This document shows positions 48,601 through 59,679 of a stretch of DNA of 64,000 nt, one piece after another. This DNA is from TPA_inf: Saccharomyces. Taxonomy: Eukaryota. The notes beneath the pieces are model-generated. The model was given only the letters and a program-made list of their open reading frames with translations. It did no database searches and had not been told where the DNA came from. The stretch is from NCBI GenBank assembly GCA_000146045.2, contig BK006944.2, positions 320,001-384,000 on the forward strand, written 5' to 3'. A program made the translations under genes and the position numbers. Numbering within the stretch: the first letter of the stretch is position 1; every line of letters starts with the position of its first letter.

Positions 48601-49117
48601 CCTTTCAGACCTTTGCCGGGGGATAATTTCCCCCTTTGCTATTGCTATCCTGCACGAGGTCTACAACATCACTGAACTGGTCAAGCAGATGCCTACATCA
48701 CTCATTAGCATTATGATGACGGCAACTACAACGCAGAATACTCAGGACACCAAGAAGTCGCAGGACCTGGTCATGAAGCTGTCAAACTCGATGAATGAAG
48801 TAGTTCAAATCACCAGCGTGCTGACAATGATCAAGCCATTCAAGATCTTCGAGCACGAGCTTAATAAGCCCATAATGTCCCTGACAGGAGGACTTTCGTC
48901 CACGACCAGAAACGACGTCATGTGGCCAAAGTCGGGCCAAGGCCTCCGCGAGTCATCAGTCATGAAGACATTGCTTGATGAACGCCGTACTTCTGGTACA
49001 CAACCGACAACGGCGCCAGTAGCCGCAGAGGAACCCAGGCTTGAGAACGTTGCCCTGGAAAATTTCGTTAGTATCGGCTGGAAGCTGTTGGACGATTCCG
49101 AGTTAGGCTGGTATTGA
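45605..49117 (+). CDS. RGT1: Zn2Cys6 binuclear-cluster transcription factor (glucose-responsive repressor/activator of HXT genes)
   Basis: The protein is 1170 aa from ATG 45605 (MNELNTVSTN). The Zn2Cys6 motif is ACDQCRKKKIKCDYKDEKGVCSNCQRNGDRC. The track ORF extends 47 codons further upstream with no ATG. Confidence 0.9.
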   Translation: MNELNTVSTNSSDSTKNGGTSNSPDDMDSAAAASHAIKKRTKASRACDQCRKKKIKCDYKDEKGVCSNCQRNGDRCSFDRVPLKRGPSKGYTRSTSHPRTNEIQDHNNSRSYNTFDNSNNTLNNNTGNSGDNGINSNTVPSTPSRSNSVLLPPLTQYIPQAGGIPPSFQNPAIQSTMPAGNIGQQQFWKVPYHEFQHQRKGSIDSLQSDISVRTLNPNEQLSYNTVQQSPITNKHTNDSGNANGSVTGSGSASGSGGYWSFIRTSGLLAPTDDHNGEQTRRSSSIPSLLRNTSNSLLLGGQPQLPPPQQQSQPQAHQQKLQQGQNLYSYSQFSQQQPYNPSISSFGQFAANGFHSRQGSVASEAMSPSAPAMFTSTSTNPVNVAQQTQRPQGQQVPQFSSELDGNKRRQSAPVSVTLSTDRLNGNENNNGEINNNNGSNNSGSSKDTSQHSQESVTTPAALEASSPGSTPQRSTKKRRKSYVSKKTKPKRDSSISITSKDSAHPMTTSSTIAYGQISDVDLIDTYYEFIHVGFPIIPLNKTTLTSDLLLVNTQPISNIHEVNSYVILWFRNSLELLVRVALKQKPGGKFFDNIVGVALSPSNDNNKAGFTTATARDDAEKTRRDSHNEVQDTLEVQSVFIAALNECFQKIVDIHPKFRENNDQISPKIKVIYLSTFILLNYILAFVGYDNSFVLGMSVTIFNEFKLYKLLLFPEPDINDVKPPVDEEVSTGNGNTKTSEFEIGSESAGHMNPSNSPNSMDENISHYSVLFKRLYVLLSVFDSLQSCAFGGPKLLNISIQGSTERFFSNDLGSKWCLEQSQLRLKSVLQSLKLGELMSELTRNRISMNGNRKPGFDITNSSSLLSEYVETQPLSVAQLFCKLLIGKHNFINCLLSLYDSEAGVYSDLTLDLSSKIADSLCSLISIILQVLTLILRLNPTNSIDFNYRPPNPPANNPTVQEGPSAMGSSPVAGNLSAAPPSEGNPDFYKKLLGLKQDTGTILSDLCRGIISPFAIAILHEVYNITELVKQMPTSLISIMMTATTTQNTQDTKKSQDLVMKLSNSMNEVVQITSVLTMIKPFKIFEHELNKPIMSLTGGLSSTTRNDVMWPKSGQGLRESSVMKTLLDERRTSGTQPTTAPVAAEEPRLENVALENFVSIGWKLLDDSELGWY

Positions 49118-49364
49118 CAGGTAACTATGCTCCCTTCTCCTGTAGGTCAGGTTCTCCCTTCTCCTCAGGCAGAAATTCGCGTAAAGAACTACCATGCAAT
49201 GAATGACCAATTTAAGTAAAACACATAAATAATACTTACTTACACATATACACACTAGCTGTTTTAACCTGTAACAATACTGCCTTGTCAGAGTGCGCAC
49301 GGCCTTTTACTCTGGTGCTCCACCATCTTCCACGGTATTCGAGAGTCGCCAAGCTCAGGGGCGC

Positions 49365-49721
49365 ATGCAGACAATGGGCGGGGAGCACCTTCTTCTTTCA
49401 CAGCTAAAGGGGTCTTTCTTTCTCCTACTTTTGGCATACTTTTTCAGGGGCAGAAGTCCTTATTACGCACGTTGCTACCGCCGGCTTGCTGTTACACCTG
49501 GTGCCATCACTATTGCCATTGCCATTGCTACAGATTCAATTCCGGCGCTTGCAAAGTCCAAAGTTCTGGTGTCGGTTTGTTCTCACACAGATCCCTGTAC
49601 AGCGTCTTGTAACCTGATCCCCTTCCCCCGCCCCTTCTCGAACAGCCTGACGCGCTTCCTCTTTTGTTTGGGCTCGGCCCGTTTTTGCATTTCCTTTCCC
49701 TGTTTTGGATTGAGTATATAA
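49365..49721 (+). CDS. AIM26: 118-aa small ORF of unknown function overlapping the UGP1 promoter (YKL037W)
   Basis: An internal ATG inside the track ORF 49293..49721 gives 118 aa. The sequence is hydrophobic. I assigned it by size and position only. Confidence 0.35.
   Translation: MQTMGGEHLLLSQLKGSFFLLLLAYFFRGRSPYYARCYRRLAVTPGAITIAIAIATDSIPALAKSKVLVSVCSHTDPCTASCNLIPFPRPFSNSLTRFLFCLGSARFCISFPCFGLSI
49619..49635 (+). promoter_or_regulatory. Two CCCCT STRE elements about 260-270 bp upstream of the UGP1 ATG, inside the YKL037W ORF
   Basis: The sequence is gatCCCCTtcccccgCCCCTtctcg. CCCCT occurs at 49619-49623 and 49631-49635. Confidence 0.5.
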
Positions 49722-49890
49722 ATCTAAACAAACAACAAAGTTCTTCCAGCAGGTACCATGAGATTGAAGTTACGGTTTTAGGAGTTGGAGATTCAATTTC
49801 TGGTTCTTTCCACATCAGCAACGTTAAAAGGCCTAGTCCTCTTCCGATTATATAATATAACTTCCACAGCAAGTGTACCATAACATAATA

Positions 49891-51390
49891 ATGTCCACTA
49901 AGAAGCACACCAAAACACATTCCACTTATGCATTCGAGAGCAACACAAACAGCGTTGCTGCCTCACAAATGAGAAACGCCTTAAACAAGTTGGCGGACTC
50001 TAGTAAACTTGACGATGCTGCTCGCGCTAAGTTTGAGAACGAACTGGATTCGTTTTTCACGCTTTTCAGGAGATATTTGGTAGAGAAGTCTTCTAGAACC
50101 ACCTTGGAATGGGACAAGATCAAGTCTCCCAACCCGGATGAAGTGGTTAAGTATGAAATTATTTCTCAGCAGCCCGAGAATGTCTCAAACCTTTCCAAAT
50201 TGGCTGTTTTGAAGTTGAACGGTGGGCTGGGTACCTCCATGGGCTGCGTTGGCCCTAAATCTGTTATTGAAGTGAGAGAGGGAAACACCTTTTTGGATTT
50301 GTCTGTTCGTCAAATTGAATACTTGAACAGACAGTACGATAGCGACGTGCCATTGTTATTGATGAATTCTTTCAACACTGACAAGGATACGGAACACTTG
50401 ATTAAGAAGTATTCCGCTAACAGAATCAGAATCAGATCTTTCAATCAATCCAGGTTCCCAAGAGTCTACAAGGATTCTTTATTGCCTGTCCCCACCGAAT
50501 ACGATTCTCCACTGGATGCTTGGTATCCACCAGGTCACGGTGATTTGTTTGAATCTTTACACGTATCTGGTGAACTGGATGCCTTAATTGCCCAAGGAAG
50601 AGAAATATTATTTGTTTCTAACGGTGACAACTTGGGTGCTACCGTCGACTTAAAAATTTTAAACCACATGATCGAGACTGGTGCCGAATATATAATGGAA
50701 TTGACTGATAAGACCAGAGCCGATGTTAAAGGTGGTACTTTGATTTCTTACGATGGTCAAGTCCGTTTATTGGAAGTCGCCCAAGTTCCAAAAGAACACA
50801 TTGACGAATTCAAAAATATCAGAAAGTTTACCAACTTCAACACGAATAACTTATGGATCAATCTGAAAGCAGTAAAGAGGTTGATCGAATCGAGCAATTT
50901 GGAGATGGAAATCATTCCAAACCAAAAAACTATAACAAGAGACGGTCATGAAATTAATGTCTTACAATTAGAAACCGCTTGTGGTGCTGCTATCAGGCAT
51001 TTTGATGGTGCTCACGGTGTTGTCGTTCCAAGATCAAGATTCTTGCCTGTCAAGACCTGTTCCGATTTGTTGCTGGTTAAATCAGATCTATTCCGTCTGG
51101 AACACGGTTCTTTGAAGTTAGACCCATCCCGTTTTGGTCCAAACCCATTAATCAAGTTGGGCTCGCATTTCAAAAAGGTTTCTGGTTTTAACGCAAGAAT
51201 CCCTCACATCCCAAAAATCGTCGAGCTAGATCATTTGACCATCACTGGTAACGTCTTTTTAGGTAAAGATGTCACTTTGAGGGGTACTGTCATCATCGTT
51301 TGCTCCGACGGTCATAAAATCGATATTCCAAACGGCTCCATATTGGAAAATGTTGTCGTTACTGGTAATTTGCAAATCTTGGAACATTGA
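49891..51390 (+). CDS. UGP1: UTP-glucose-1-phosphate uridylyltransferase (UDP-glucose pyrophosphorylase)
   Basis: The protein is 499 aa from ATG 49891 ([18 protein letters not shown]...). It has the UGPase fold signature [11 protein letters not shown]. The track ORF begins 6 codons upstream at GTG. Confidence 0.95.
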   Translation: MSTKKHTKTHSTYAFESNTNSVAASQMRNALNKLADSSKLDDAARAKFENELDSFFTLFRRYLVEKSSRTTLEWDKIKSPNPDEVVKYEIISQQPENVSNLSKLAVLKLNGGLGTSMGCVGPKSVIEVREGNTFLDLSVRQIEYLNRQYDSDVPLLLMNSFNTDKDTEHLIKKYSANRIRIRSFNQSRFPRVYKDSLLPVPTEYDSPLDAWYPPGHGDLFESLHVSGELDALIAQGREILFVSNGDNLGATVDLKILNHMIETGAEYIMELTDKTRADVKGGTLISYDGQVRLLEVAQVPKEHIDEFKNIRKFTNFNTNNLWINLKAVKRLIESSNLEMEIIPNQKTITRDGHEINVLQLETACGAAIRHFDGAHGVVVPRSRFLPVKTCSDLLLVKSDLFRLEHGSLKLDPSRFGPNPLIKLGSHFKKVSGFNARIPHIPKIVELDHLTITGNVFLGKDVTLRGTVIIVCSDGHKIDIPNGSILENVVVTGNLQILEH

Positions 51391-51828
51391 AGGTGCGGCT
51401 TGCAATCCCTTTTTTACTTTCAATTCTCCGTTAGGTTATTTATTCTACTACACGCAGTTTTTTTTTTTCAATGGGTTATATATCTCTAATATATACACAT
51501 TTATATGTTTAGACTTATACAGAAGCAAAAAAAAATGCAAAAGAAGCTTAGTGTTCATAATTCTTCACTCACGTCATGTTATATATTTGTTAAGCGTAGC
51601 TTCAGTATATATAGAGATTTTCCTTTGGCGGGGTAAGGGTCTGTGAACTTTAGGGAAATAGAATAAACGTAAGTTAAAGGTGACAAGCTCGGATCGTCAT
51701 CTTTCAATTATCACCCCAAAAGATATTGTAAAAAAGCAAGTTCAATCTCGTTTGTTACATTTGTCCCGTATTTCTACTAATTCAGGCAAAAAAGGAAAGT
51801 CCTACAGCAAAAGAGGCAAAAGTACAGT

Positions 51829-54105
51829 ATGGAAATCGATGGCAACACTCTGGTGTTCATAATAGTGATCCTTTTCCTATTTTTCTCCTCACCGGGTGGT
51901 GATGGTGTGTCTTCTCAATATGAGTTCAATCAACTCCAGAGACTCAAGCAGCAGTTCCGAACAGAGCACAATACGTTCGTCAATATGACATATACAGATA
52001 GTTTTCGAAATATTACCGGGCTTAAACTCAGCTACCAAGACATGCTGAATAATCCTCTCCAAAATGCCACTTACCCACTACCAGGAAAAGATTATGATCG
52101 ATGGTTTCCCAATCAAAACTACATGGTTTTGCCCAACGATGTCATAGAGGCCATAAATACTGAAGTCTGGAATACTTCGAATGATGACGCTTCCAACCTT
52201 TTCCCTCCCAATATTACAAGCACCCTGTTAGGTAAAATCGACCTTGTATCAAATAACAAGTACGAAAAGATAAGGATGCCTGTACCCAGATTCTATGAGC
52301 CGGCAACTGATTTTTCAGAGGATATTCCTCCTGAAGGTGAGACGTACTGGTCTGAGTGGCCTTCGTATGGCGAACTTCATAATGTGAGTTTTCAGCATGG
52401 CGAAATAGCTATTCAAATTTCTCATATGAGCAATCTTCAGGACAATAATAATTACTTAAGGAGAAATTTCATAAATAAGAAAAATGACCGTTGGAAGTTG
52501 TTAAATCTTCAGATTGATTTCTCAGATAAGGCTGAAAAGGAAAAGCATTCCATATACTCGAAGGCTGTATATGACATTCAACGTGGTAGAATTCTTTCTA
52601 TTTCTCAGAGTTCTAAATTTCATTCATTGTTCGCCCTTCCTCATTACATGTCCTTCCAGAATGATTATAATGAGAAAATATTTAATGATGTCAAGGAACT
52701 CGTTGATGAATTTTGGAATTTCACGGATTACACAGATGTCATGACCATGAAAGACGTACAGGATGCTTATAATAATGCCAACTTTAAATGTGAGTATTTG
52801 ATTTTTCTTCAGTTGGAACCATGGAATCAGTACACAAGAGATCAGATCAAGTTAATAGATGATGAATTGAATTGGCCCCTGGGGCGTCCGGCAAATCTGT
52901 CTAGTTTACCGCCCATAAATGTTGTCTCTGGATTACTGTATTCTCCAGACTGTGGCGTACGATTAGGGCTTCATAACGTAAAGGGTACACGGTACGAATT
53001 AAAAATAATGTCGATCAGAAAACATCTATTGTTCGGTATTGCATTATTTGCAGCCCAGATATACTTATTGCTTACTCAGATGCATCATACAAATACCCCC
53101 TCCATGGTCAACAAAATCTCATTCTATTGTTTCTCAATGATAAACTTAGTCGATGGTTCCTTGGCCACTTTGTACTTTGTCGCAGCTAGTGTCGTTCCCG
53201 AATTGTACTTACCCCTAGTTATAAGTGCTTTTTCGTGCTTTATCTTGGCATCTATTTTTGAAATACGCTACTTAATTTCAATTTACGCTTCACAGGTTAA
53301 CGAACAGAATGTTGGGATTATCAACCTCCTGCGTGGTAACACTGGCACATATGATGAGAATAGGCCAAGACCCGCATTCATTCCCGATGAAGGGTCTATC
53401 GGTGGCTCGTTATATGGTAGGTTTTTCTTTATGCTAATCATTTTCACGTTTTTAATATTGAGTTCAACTTCATGGCCCCGTCAGCTAAGGATGGTATTTG
53501 AGTATATCCTAATCTTCATATTAAACTCATATTGGATCCCTCAAATTTTCCGTAACGCCGTTAAAGGTATTCCTTCAAGAAGAGAAAGAGCAAGATCTAG
53601 CATTGGAGGAAATAGAAGTCAAAACAAAATGCCATTATTGTGGAGTTTTGTAATTGGTACAACAATAATTAGAAGCTTGCCCGTTGTGTATGTTTTCACT
53701 TACTCCTCTAATGTGTTCAGGCACCATAAAGATGTTCATTTCGTCGTATTTTTATCATTGTGGCTACTGTTTCAAATTAGTATACTGTATTCTCAAGATG
53801 TATTGGGATCGCGCTGGTTCTTGCCTAAGCACACAATACCTGATGGATATTCGTATTTCAAGCCCCTTTCAAACGAGTATATATCGGAGCATGGTGGTGG
53901 AACTGCTGAACATACCGTTGATTGCGCGATATGTATGTCTGATGTTCCAATTTACATAGAGGAAATTCCAGAAACTCATAAGGTGGATCAGCACTCTTAC
54001 ATGGTAACGCCTTGTAATCACGTATTTCATACTTCGTGTCTAGAAAACTGGATGAATTATAAGTTACAATGTCCTGTGTGTAGGTCACCATTACCTCCGT
54101 TGTAG
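51829..54105 (+). CDS. TUL1: Golgi transmembrane RING-H2 ubiquitin ligase
   Basis: The ORF is 758 aa, with a lumenal N-domain and multiple TM helices. The C-terminal RING-H2 is CAICMSD...CNHVFHTSCLENWMNYKLQCPVCR. Confidence 0.88.
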   Translation: MEIDGNTLVFIIVILFLFFSSPGGDGVSSQYEFNQLQRLKQQFRTEHNTFVNMTYTDSFRNITGLKLSYQDMLNNPLQNATYPLPGKDYDRWFPNQNYMVLPNDVIEAINTEVWNTSNDDASNLFPPNITSTLLGKIDLVSNNKYEKIRMPVPRFYEPATDFSEDIPPEGETYWSEWPSYGELHNVSFQHGEIAIQISHMSNLQDNNNYLRRNFINKKNDRWKLLNLQIDFSDKAEKEKHSIYSKAVYDIQRGRILSISQSSKFHSLFALPHYMSFQNDYNEKIFNDVKELVDEFWNFTDYTDVMTMKDVQDAYNNANFKCEYLIFLQLEPWNQYTRDQIKLIDDELNWPLGRPANLSSLPPINVVSGLLYSPDCGVRLGLHNVKGTRYELKIMSIRKHLLFGIALFAAQIYLLLTQMHHTNTPSMVNKISFYCFSMINLVDGSLATLYFVAASVVPELYLPLVISAFSCFILASIFEIRYLISIYASQVNEQNVGIINLLRGNTGTYDENRPRPAFIPDEGSIGGSLYGRFFFMLIIFTFLILSSTSWPRQLRMVFEYILIFILNSYWIPQIFRNAVKGIPSRRERARSSIGGNRSQNKMPLLWSFVIGTTIIRSLPVVYVFTYSSNVFRHHKDVHFVVFLSLWLLFQISILYSQDVLGSRWFLPKHTIPDGYSYFKPLSNEYISEHGGGTAEHTVDCAICMSDVPIYIEEIPETHKVDQHSYMVTPCNHVFHTSCLENWMNYKLQCPVCRSPLPPL

Positions 54106-54504
54106 ATAGCATCTCTTGATCCTAAGAACTATATACTGTATTTGTATTCAAGATCCAAGATACCGTGACATTTCCTATTTGTCAACCATTGCAATAAGAA
54201 ATTTTACATGAATAGTGCATTAACTTTTTATTACCACTAAAGTAGTTTTGCTTAAATATACAATAGGCAAACTAGACTTAGGATAATTCACAAGGGTTTT
54301 TAGTGTTACCCTTTTTCCGTATGACACATTTTTCGAGGAATTAATTATTGGGAAAATATTGCCGATCAAGATCCATTGAGGTGAATCTAAATCGCTCCAA
54401 CTCCAAGTTGGGGAATCTTAAGACCGTCACTGCCTTCCAATTACACTGCTTTTGTTTCTTTGACAATAAGAACGCAAAAGTAAATTTCTTTTTTTTAACA
54501 AATT

Positions 54505-55215
54505 ATGACACATCCTGTAGCAGTGAAGGCATGTCTATTTGACATGGATGGTCTTCTCATCAACACAGAGGATATTTATACTGAAACTTTAAATGAAACT
54601 CTCGCAGAATTTGGTAAGGGACCTTTAACTTGGGATGTGAAGATTAAATTGCAAGGGCTTCCGGGACCGGAAGCAGGAAAAAGGGTGATCGAACACTACA
54701 AATTACCAATAACTTTAGATGAGTACGACGAAAGAAATGTTGCATTGCAATCTCTTAAATGGGGTACTTGCGAATTTCTTCCCGGTGCATTGAATTTGTT
54801 GAAATACTTAAAGTTAAAGAACATTCCTATTGCATTATGTACGTCTTCGAACAAGACTAAATTTCGCGGCAAAACAAGTCATTTAGAGGAAGGTTTTGAT
54901 CTTTTCGATACCATTGTCACTGGTGATGATCCAAGAATTGCAAAAGGTAGGGGTAAGCCTTTCCCGGACATTTGGCAGTTGGGTTTAAAGGAATTGAATG
55001 AGAAGTTTCATACCGATATTAAGCCCGATGAGTGTATAGTGTTCGAAGATGGTATTCCAGGCGTAAAATCAGCCAAGGCATTTGGTGCACACGTTATTTG
55101 GGTCCCCCATCCAGAAGCACATGCTGTTTTGGGGGACACAGAAGCTTTGTTAGCCGGTAAAGGTGAACTATTGTCTTCTTTGGAAAAACTGGAAATGTCC
55201 AAATATGGACTGTGA
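54505..55215 (+). CDS. HAD-superfamily phosphatase (pseudouridine-5'-phosphatase / GS1-like)
   Basis: The 236-aa ORF has HAD motif I DMDGLL, motif II CTSS and motif IV FEDGIPGV. Its size and position fit YKL033W-A. Confidence 0.8.
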   Translation: MTHPVAVKACLFDMDGLLINTEDIYTETLNETLAEFGKGPLTWDVKIKLQGLPGPEAGKRVIEHYKLPITLDEYDERNVALQSLKWGTCEFLPGALNLLKYLKLKNIPIALCTSSNKTKFRGKTSHLEEGFDLFDTIVTGDDPRIAKGRGKPFPDIWQLGLKELNEKFHTDIKPDECIVFEDGIPGVKSAKAFGAHVIWVPHPEAHAVLGDTEALLAGKGELLSSLEKLEMSKYGL

Positions 55216-55455
55216 ATTTCCAGTATTTACGTAAACAATATATTTGTATATTGCACTAAGTATAAAAAGGGATGATTTGTATTTGATTTATCACACTACT
55301 TTATGTGGTGAGCTCAGTTATTTTTGTATAATATACTATAGTACATGTTTGGGTTTTTATCGTTTTATTTCAATCTCATTACAATAAAATATTATAGTGA
55401 ACATGCACATCGAAAGGAAAGATTGCAATAGCTGGTGTTCAAAAGCTTTGTGCAA

Positions 55456-58400
55456 ATGAATTCAGACACGAATGCATTTAAGGACATAAGAATTTCATGT
55501 GTTGAACTTTCTAGGATCGCTTTTTTACCCACCGAATCATTTGATCCAAATTCATTAACGCTATTGGCATGTTTAAAAAAAGTTGAAGAGAAGTTATCAG
55601 CATACGAAGACGATTCACTTTCGCCAAAATTTGCAGATTATGTTTTTGTTCCTATCGCGAGTTTATTGAAACAGCCAGCTCTCGGCGAGTCTCAAACAGA
55701 ATACGTCCTACTAATTATATTTCATCTCTTACGGACATGTTGGTCATCTAATGGTAAATTCTCCGAGCAATTGGGACAACAACTGTTCCCCTTAATCACA
55801 TTTTTAGTCAGTTCTGATAAAGATAATCAAAAATTAATTACTAGATCAGACGAGTTCAAGTACGCTGGTTGTTTAGTCTTGCATCAGTTTTTCAAATCAG
55901 TAAGATCGCAAAGGTACCATAAAGAGTTCTTTTCGAACTCAAAACCTAATTTACTTCCCGCTCTAGGACATTCTGTTACCATTCTGTTGAAAATTCTGGA
56001 GCAATCGCCCCAAAATAATGAGCTTCAATTCAAAGCTTTGGCATCCTTAGAAGTACTATTTCAGGACATAATATCTGATGGTGAAATGCTTTCCTTTATT
56101 CTTCCGGGGAACGTTTCTGTTTTCGCTAAGATACTTACTAAACCAGGCCGTCAAATACATTATAAGGTGTGTGTTCGCACGCTAGAGGTTCTGGCAAAAT
56201 TATTGGTTTTGGTTTACGATGATTTTAGTTTGGATATCAAAGTAAATAAGTTAACAGATATTCGAGAGTTGAGCGATACAAAGTTAAAACACGAGATAAA
56301 TCAATCATTTATGTTTAATGGACCTATTGTTTTGTTACGCACAGATGGGAAGACGCATAGAGATACAAGTTGGTTGACGGCAACTTCTGGGCAAATCAAT
56401 ATTGCTTTGGAGGCCTTTATACCCAAACTATTAAAACGTAATAATGAATCAATTGATGAGGCATTAGCGACATTTGTATCAATCCTTTTAACTAGATGTG
56501 AAAATTCTTTAAATAATTGTGAGAAAGTGTTGGTATCCACTTTAGTACATTTGGAGCGTGATCCGATGTCCAAATTACCATCGCATTTGGTAAAATTAAA
56601 GGAAGTTGTCAATGAAGACCTGCACAAGCTAAGTGACATTATTCGGTTTGAAAATGCAGATAGGTTATCATCTTTATCATTTGCAATCACTATTCTAGAG
56701 AAAAATAACGAAAGAGATACAATGATCAATGAGGTAGTTAGATGTTTATTTGAATCGCTTAATGAATCTATTGAGCCACCAAGTTTGATCAATCATAAAG
56801 AGAGAATAATTGAACAAAGTAGTCAATTAACAACTACAGTAAATTTCGAAAACTTGGAAAGTACGAATGCTCTGATTGCTTTACCAAGATTATCAGAAGA
56901 CATGTCACTCAAACTGAAAAAATTTACATACCATATGGGTTCTTTGTTGTTAGAAAGACATATTCTCAACGATGTGGTGACAGAGTTGATTTCAGAACAA
57001 GTTGATTCACCAAGAACGCAGAAGATAGTTGCGCTGTGGTTAAGCACCAATTTTATAAAGGCTATGGAAAAGCAACCGAAGGAGGAAGAAGTCTATCTAC
57101 AATTTGAATCTGATGCCAACTATTCCTCTTCCATGGTTGAAGAAGTGTGTTTGATTGTATTGGAATTTTGCAATGAACTTTCTCAAGACATTAGCATGGA
57201 GATTGAAGGTAAAGGCATAAAAAAAAGTGATGAGTTTGCCGTATGTACAGTTTTATTCTCTATTGAAACGATTTGTGCGGTAATGAGAGAAGAATTTCAA
57301 CCAGAATTGATTGACTATATATACACAGTAGTTGACGCCTTGGCATCACCGTCCGAAGCCATTAGGTATGTGAGCCAATCCTGTGCATTGAGGATAGCAG
57401 ATACCCTATATCATGGGTCTATCCCAAACATGATCTTAAGCAACGTAGATTATCTTGTAGAATCTATTTCCTCAAGATTGAATTCTGGGATGACTGAACG
57501 AGTGAGCCAAATATTAATGGTGATTTGCCAATTGGCTGGCTATGAAACCATTGAAAATTTTAAAGATGTTATTGAAACGATATTTAAACTACTGGATTAT
57601 TATCATGGATATAGTGATCTCTGTCTTCAATTTTTCCAACTATTTAAAATCATCATTTTGGAGATGAAGAAAAAATATATCAATGATGATGAGATGATTT
57701 TGAAAATAGCTAATCAACACATTTCACAAAGTACTTTTTCGCCCTGGGGTATGACCGATTTTCAGCAAGTACTCAATATACTAGATAAAGAGACACAGGT
57801 TAAAGATGACATAACAGACGAGAACGACGTCGATTTTTTGAAGGATGATAATGAGCCCAGTAATTTTCAAGAATATTTCGACTCCAAATTAAGAGAGCCA
57901 GATAGCGACGACGATGAAGAAGAAAGAGAAGAAGAGGTGGAAGGAAGTTCTAAAGAGTATACTGACCAGTGGACCTCACCTATACCATCAGATTCATACA
58001 AAATACTATTGCAAATTTTGGGTTATGGGGAAAGATTATTAACCCATCCATCAAAACGATTAAGAGTGCAAATTCTTATTGTTATGAGGCTTATATTTCC
58101 CTTGCTATCAACACAGCATAATCTGTTGATAAGGGAGGTTGCTAGTACATGGGACTCCATCATACAGTGCGTCCTATGCTCTGATTATTCGATCGTTCAG
58201 CCCGCATGTTCATGCGTGGAGCAGATGATAAAATATTCTGGTGATTTTGTCGCCAAGAGATTCATTGAACTTTGGCAGAAACTGTGTCAGGATTCTTTTA
58301 TATTGAAAGAACTGAGGATTGATCCAACGGTGCACAACCATGAGAAAAAATCGATTAGTAAGCATGTCAAATTCCCACCAGTAACTGAAAATGCGCTAGT

Positions 58401-58572
58401 ATCGATGGTACATATGGTGCTAGAAGGGGTCAAAATTACAGAGTATTTAATTTCTGAAGCGGTACTTGAACAAATAATATATTGTTGTATTCAGGTTGTT
58501 CCAGTGGAGAAAATATCATCTATGTCATTGATAGTGGGGGATATCGTGTGGAAAATAAGAAATATAAATTAA
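55456..58572 (+). CDS. TTI1: HEAT-repeat protein, subunit of the Tel2-Tti1-Tti2 (TTT) chaperone complex
   Basis: The protein is 1038 aa from ATG 55456 (MNSDTNAFKD). It is alpha-helical repeat-rich with an acidic patch near the C-terminal third. The track ORF starts 7 codons upstream at GTG. Confidence 0.8.
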   Translation: MNSDTNAFKDIRISCVELSRIAFLPTESFDPNSLTLLACLKKVEEKLSAYEDDSLSPKFADYVFVPIASLLKQPALGESQTEYVLLIIFHLLRTCWSSNGKFSEQLGQQLFPLITFLVSSDKDNQKLITRSDEFKYAGCLVLHQFFKSVRSQRYHKEFFSNSKPNLLPALGHSVTILLKILEQSPQNNELQFKALASLEVLFQDIISDGEMLSFILPGNVSVFAKILTKPGRQIHYKVCVRTLEVLAKLLVLVYDDFSLDIKVNKLTDIRELSDTKLKHEINQSFMFNGPIVLLRTDGKTHRDTSWLTATSGQINIALEAFIPKLLKRNNESIDEALATFVSILLTRCENSLNNCEKVLVSTLVHLERDPMSKLPSHLVKLKEVVNEDLHKLSDIIRFENADRLSSLSFAITILEKNNERDTMINEVVRCLFESLNESIEPPSLINHKERIIEQSSQLTTTVNFENLESTNALIALPRLSEDMSLKLKKFTYHMGSLLLERHILNDVVTELISEQVDSPRTQKIVALWLSTNFIKAMEKQPKEEEVYLQFESDANYSSSMVEEVCLIVLEFCNELSQDISMEIEGKGIKKSDEFAVCTVLFSIETICAVMREEFQPELIDYIYTVVDALASPSEAIRYVSQSCALRIADTLYHGSIPNMILSNVDYLVESISSRLNSGMTERVSQILMVICQLAGYETIENFKDVIETIFKLLDYYHGYSDLCLQFFQLFKIIILEMKKKYINDDEMILKIANQHISQSTFSPWGMTDFQQVLNILDKETQVKDDITDENDVDFLKDDNEPSNFQEYFDSKLREPDSDDDEEEREEEVEGSSKEYTDQWTSPIPSDSYKILLQILGYGERLLTHPSKRLRVQILIVMRLIFPLLSTQHNLLIREVASTWDSIIQCVLCSDYSIVQPACSCVEQMIKYSGDFVAKRFIELWQKLCQDSFILKELRIDPTVHNHEKKSISKHVKFPPVTENALVSMVHMVLEGVKITEYLISEAVLEQIIYCCIQVVPVEKISSMSLIVGDIVWKIRNIN

Positions 58573-59347
58573 ACTTATGTGGCTAAACATATGCATTTGT
58601 ATATGGTAATACAGTGGTTTATTATTGCTCACATTGTTCACACCAGTGACTATAGTGATTACAATAAGTAATTAGACAATAAATGTTATGAGTGATCCAG
58701 AATGAGGAATGATATGTGACTTCAGAATTAGCAGGGCAGCTAAATTAAAGATCTTTTAATTCAATTTTAGCTTACGATTTATATCTATGAAAGACATGAA
58801 TTGTCACTTTGGGTAACCAATGATATCGGTGACTGCTATTTATACCTATCTCATATTATATTAAGAAGACCAGCTTTTATTCTCGGTTGGTAGTACCACT
58901 TGTCTACTAATCATCAACAATATATTCTAATAAAGTATTATGTACATATATATATATATATTACCAGCTCGGCCAGGCATTGGAAAACAGAAGAAACATT
59001 TCTCATGATTGAAATGGATAAACACGTTAATCAACAGGGACTATGTTGCAGGTGAAATATTAGCAATTAATAAGAAGGGCAATACGCATATTACAAATGA
59101 AGCGATAGAACAGACAGTGTCCAAGTAATGATAATAACCAATATATGCGAGTATTAGTATTTTCCTAAAAAAAAGCAAGATTATATACACGGAATGGAGG
59201 AGCAGTAGCTACTTTAGATTCGGAGTTCCCTTACACTTGGAGAAGTAAGTCTGCTATCCTGAAAATATCCGTTATACTAAGGGCTCCAGTAATAGCGGGC
59301 ATCTTGACAATCCTAATATCCTTAGGGTGGTGACTAGCACTCACCTT

Positions 59348-59650
59348 TGTTGGAGTGAAATCGTAATATCATCTATTGACTAGTATTTATGTTATTAGTA
59401 CACATTATCCCATGCGGCGTCAAAAGATGACATGAAAACTGAGAAACAGTCATAAGACTCAATGGAAGCGCAGAATCTCGGAACTAAACTAGTTGTCCAG
59501 GTATTTACACGTTTAACTGGTTTGTCTAGGCAGGGTATCGTTTGATGTAATAAATTTTGTCTGCTTTGTAACGAGTGTTTCTGACATGTTTCAAACATAT
59601 TTTATGTGTAAGTTGATAAGTCGCCCTTGTGTATCGTACAACTATGCCAC
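59348..59650 (+). mobile_element. Degenerate Ty1/Ty2 delta solo LTR. Its 3' boundary is uncertain.
   Basis: The element starts with the LTR terminus TGTTGGAGTGAAATCG. Its first roughly 150 bp align with the delta consensus (…CTAGTATTTA…GAAGATGAC…GAGAAA.AGTCAT…TGGAAGC…), and the remainder is divergent. It sits immediately 5' of a tRNA gene, the classic Ty1 target window. Confidence 0.5.
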
Positions 59651-59679
59651 TTTAAAATGATCAATTTTACAGATTAATA

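Noticed and set aside
59200-59347. Possible second LTR fragment (sigma/tau-like) just upstream of the delta element
   Set aside because: I could not align it to any LTR terminus from memory. There is no TGTTG...CAACA boundary or target-site duplication, so it is left unannotated.
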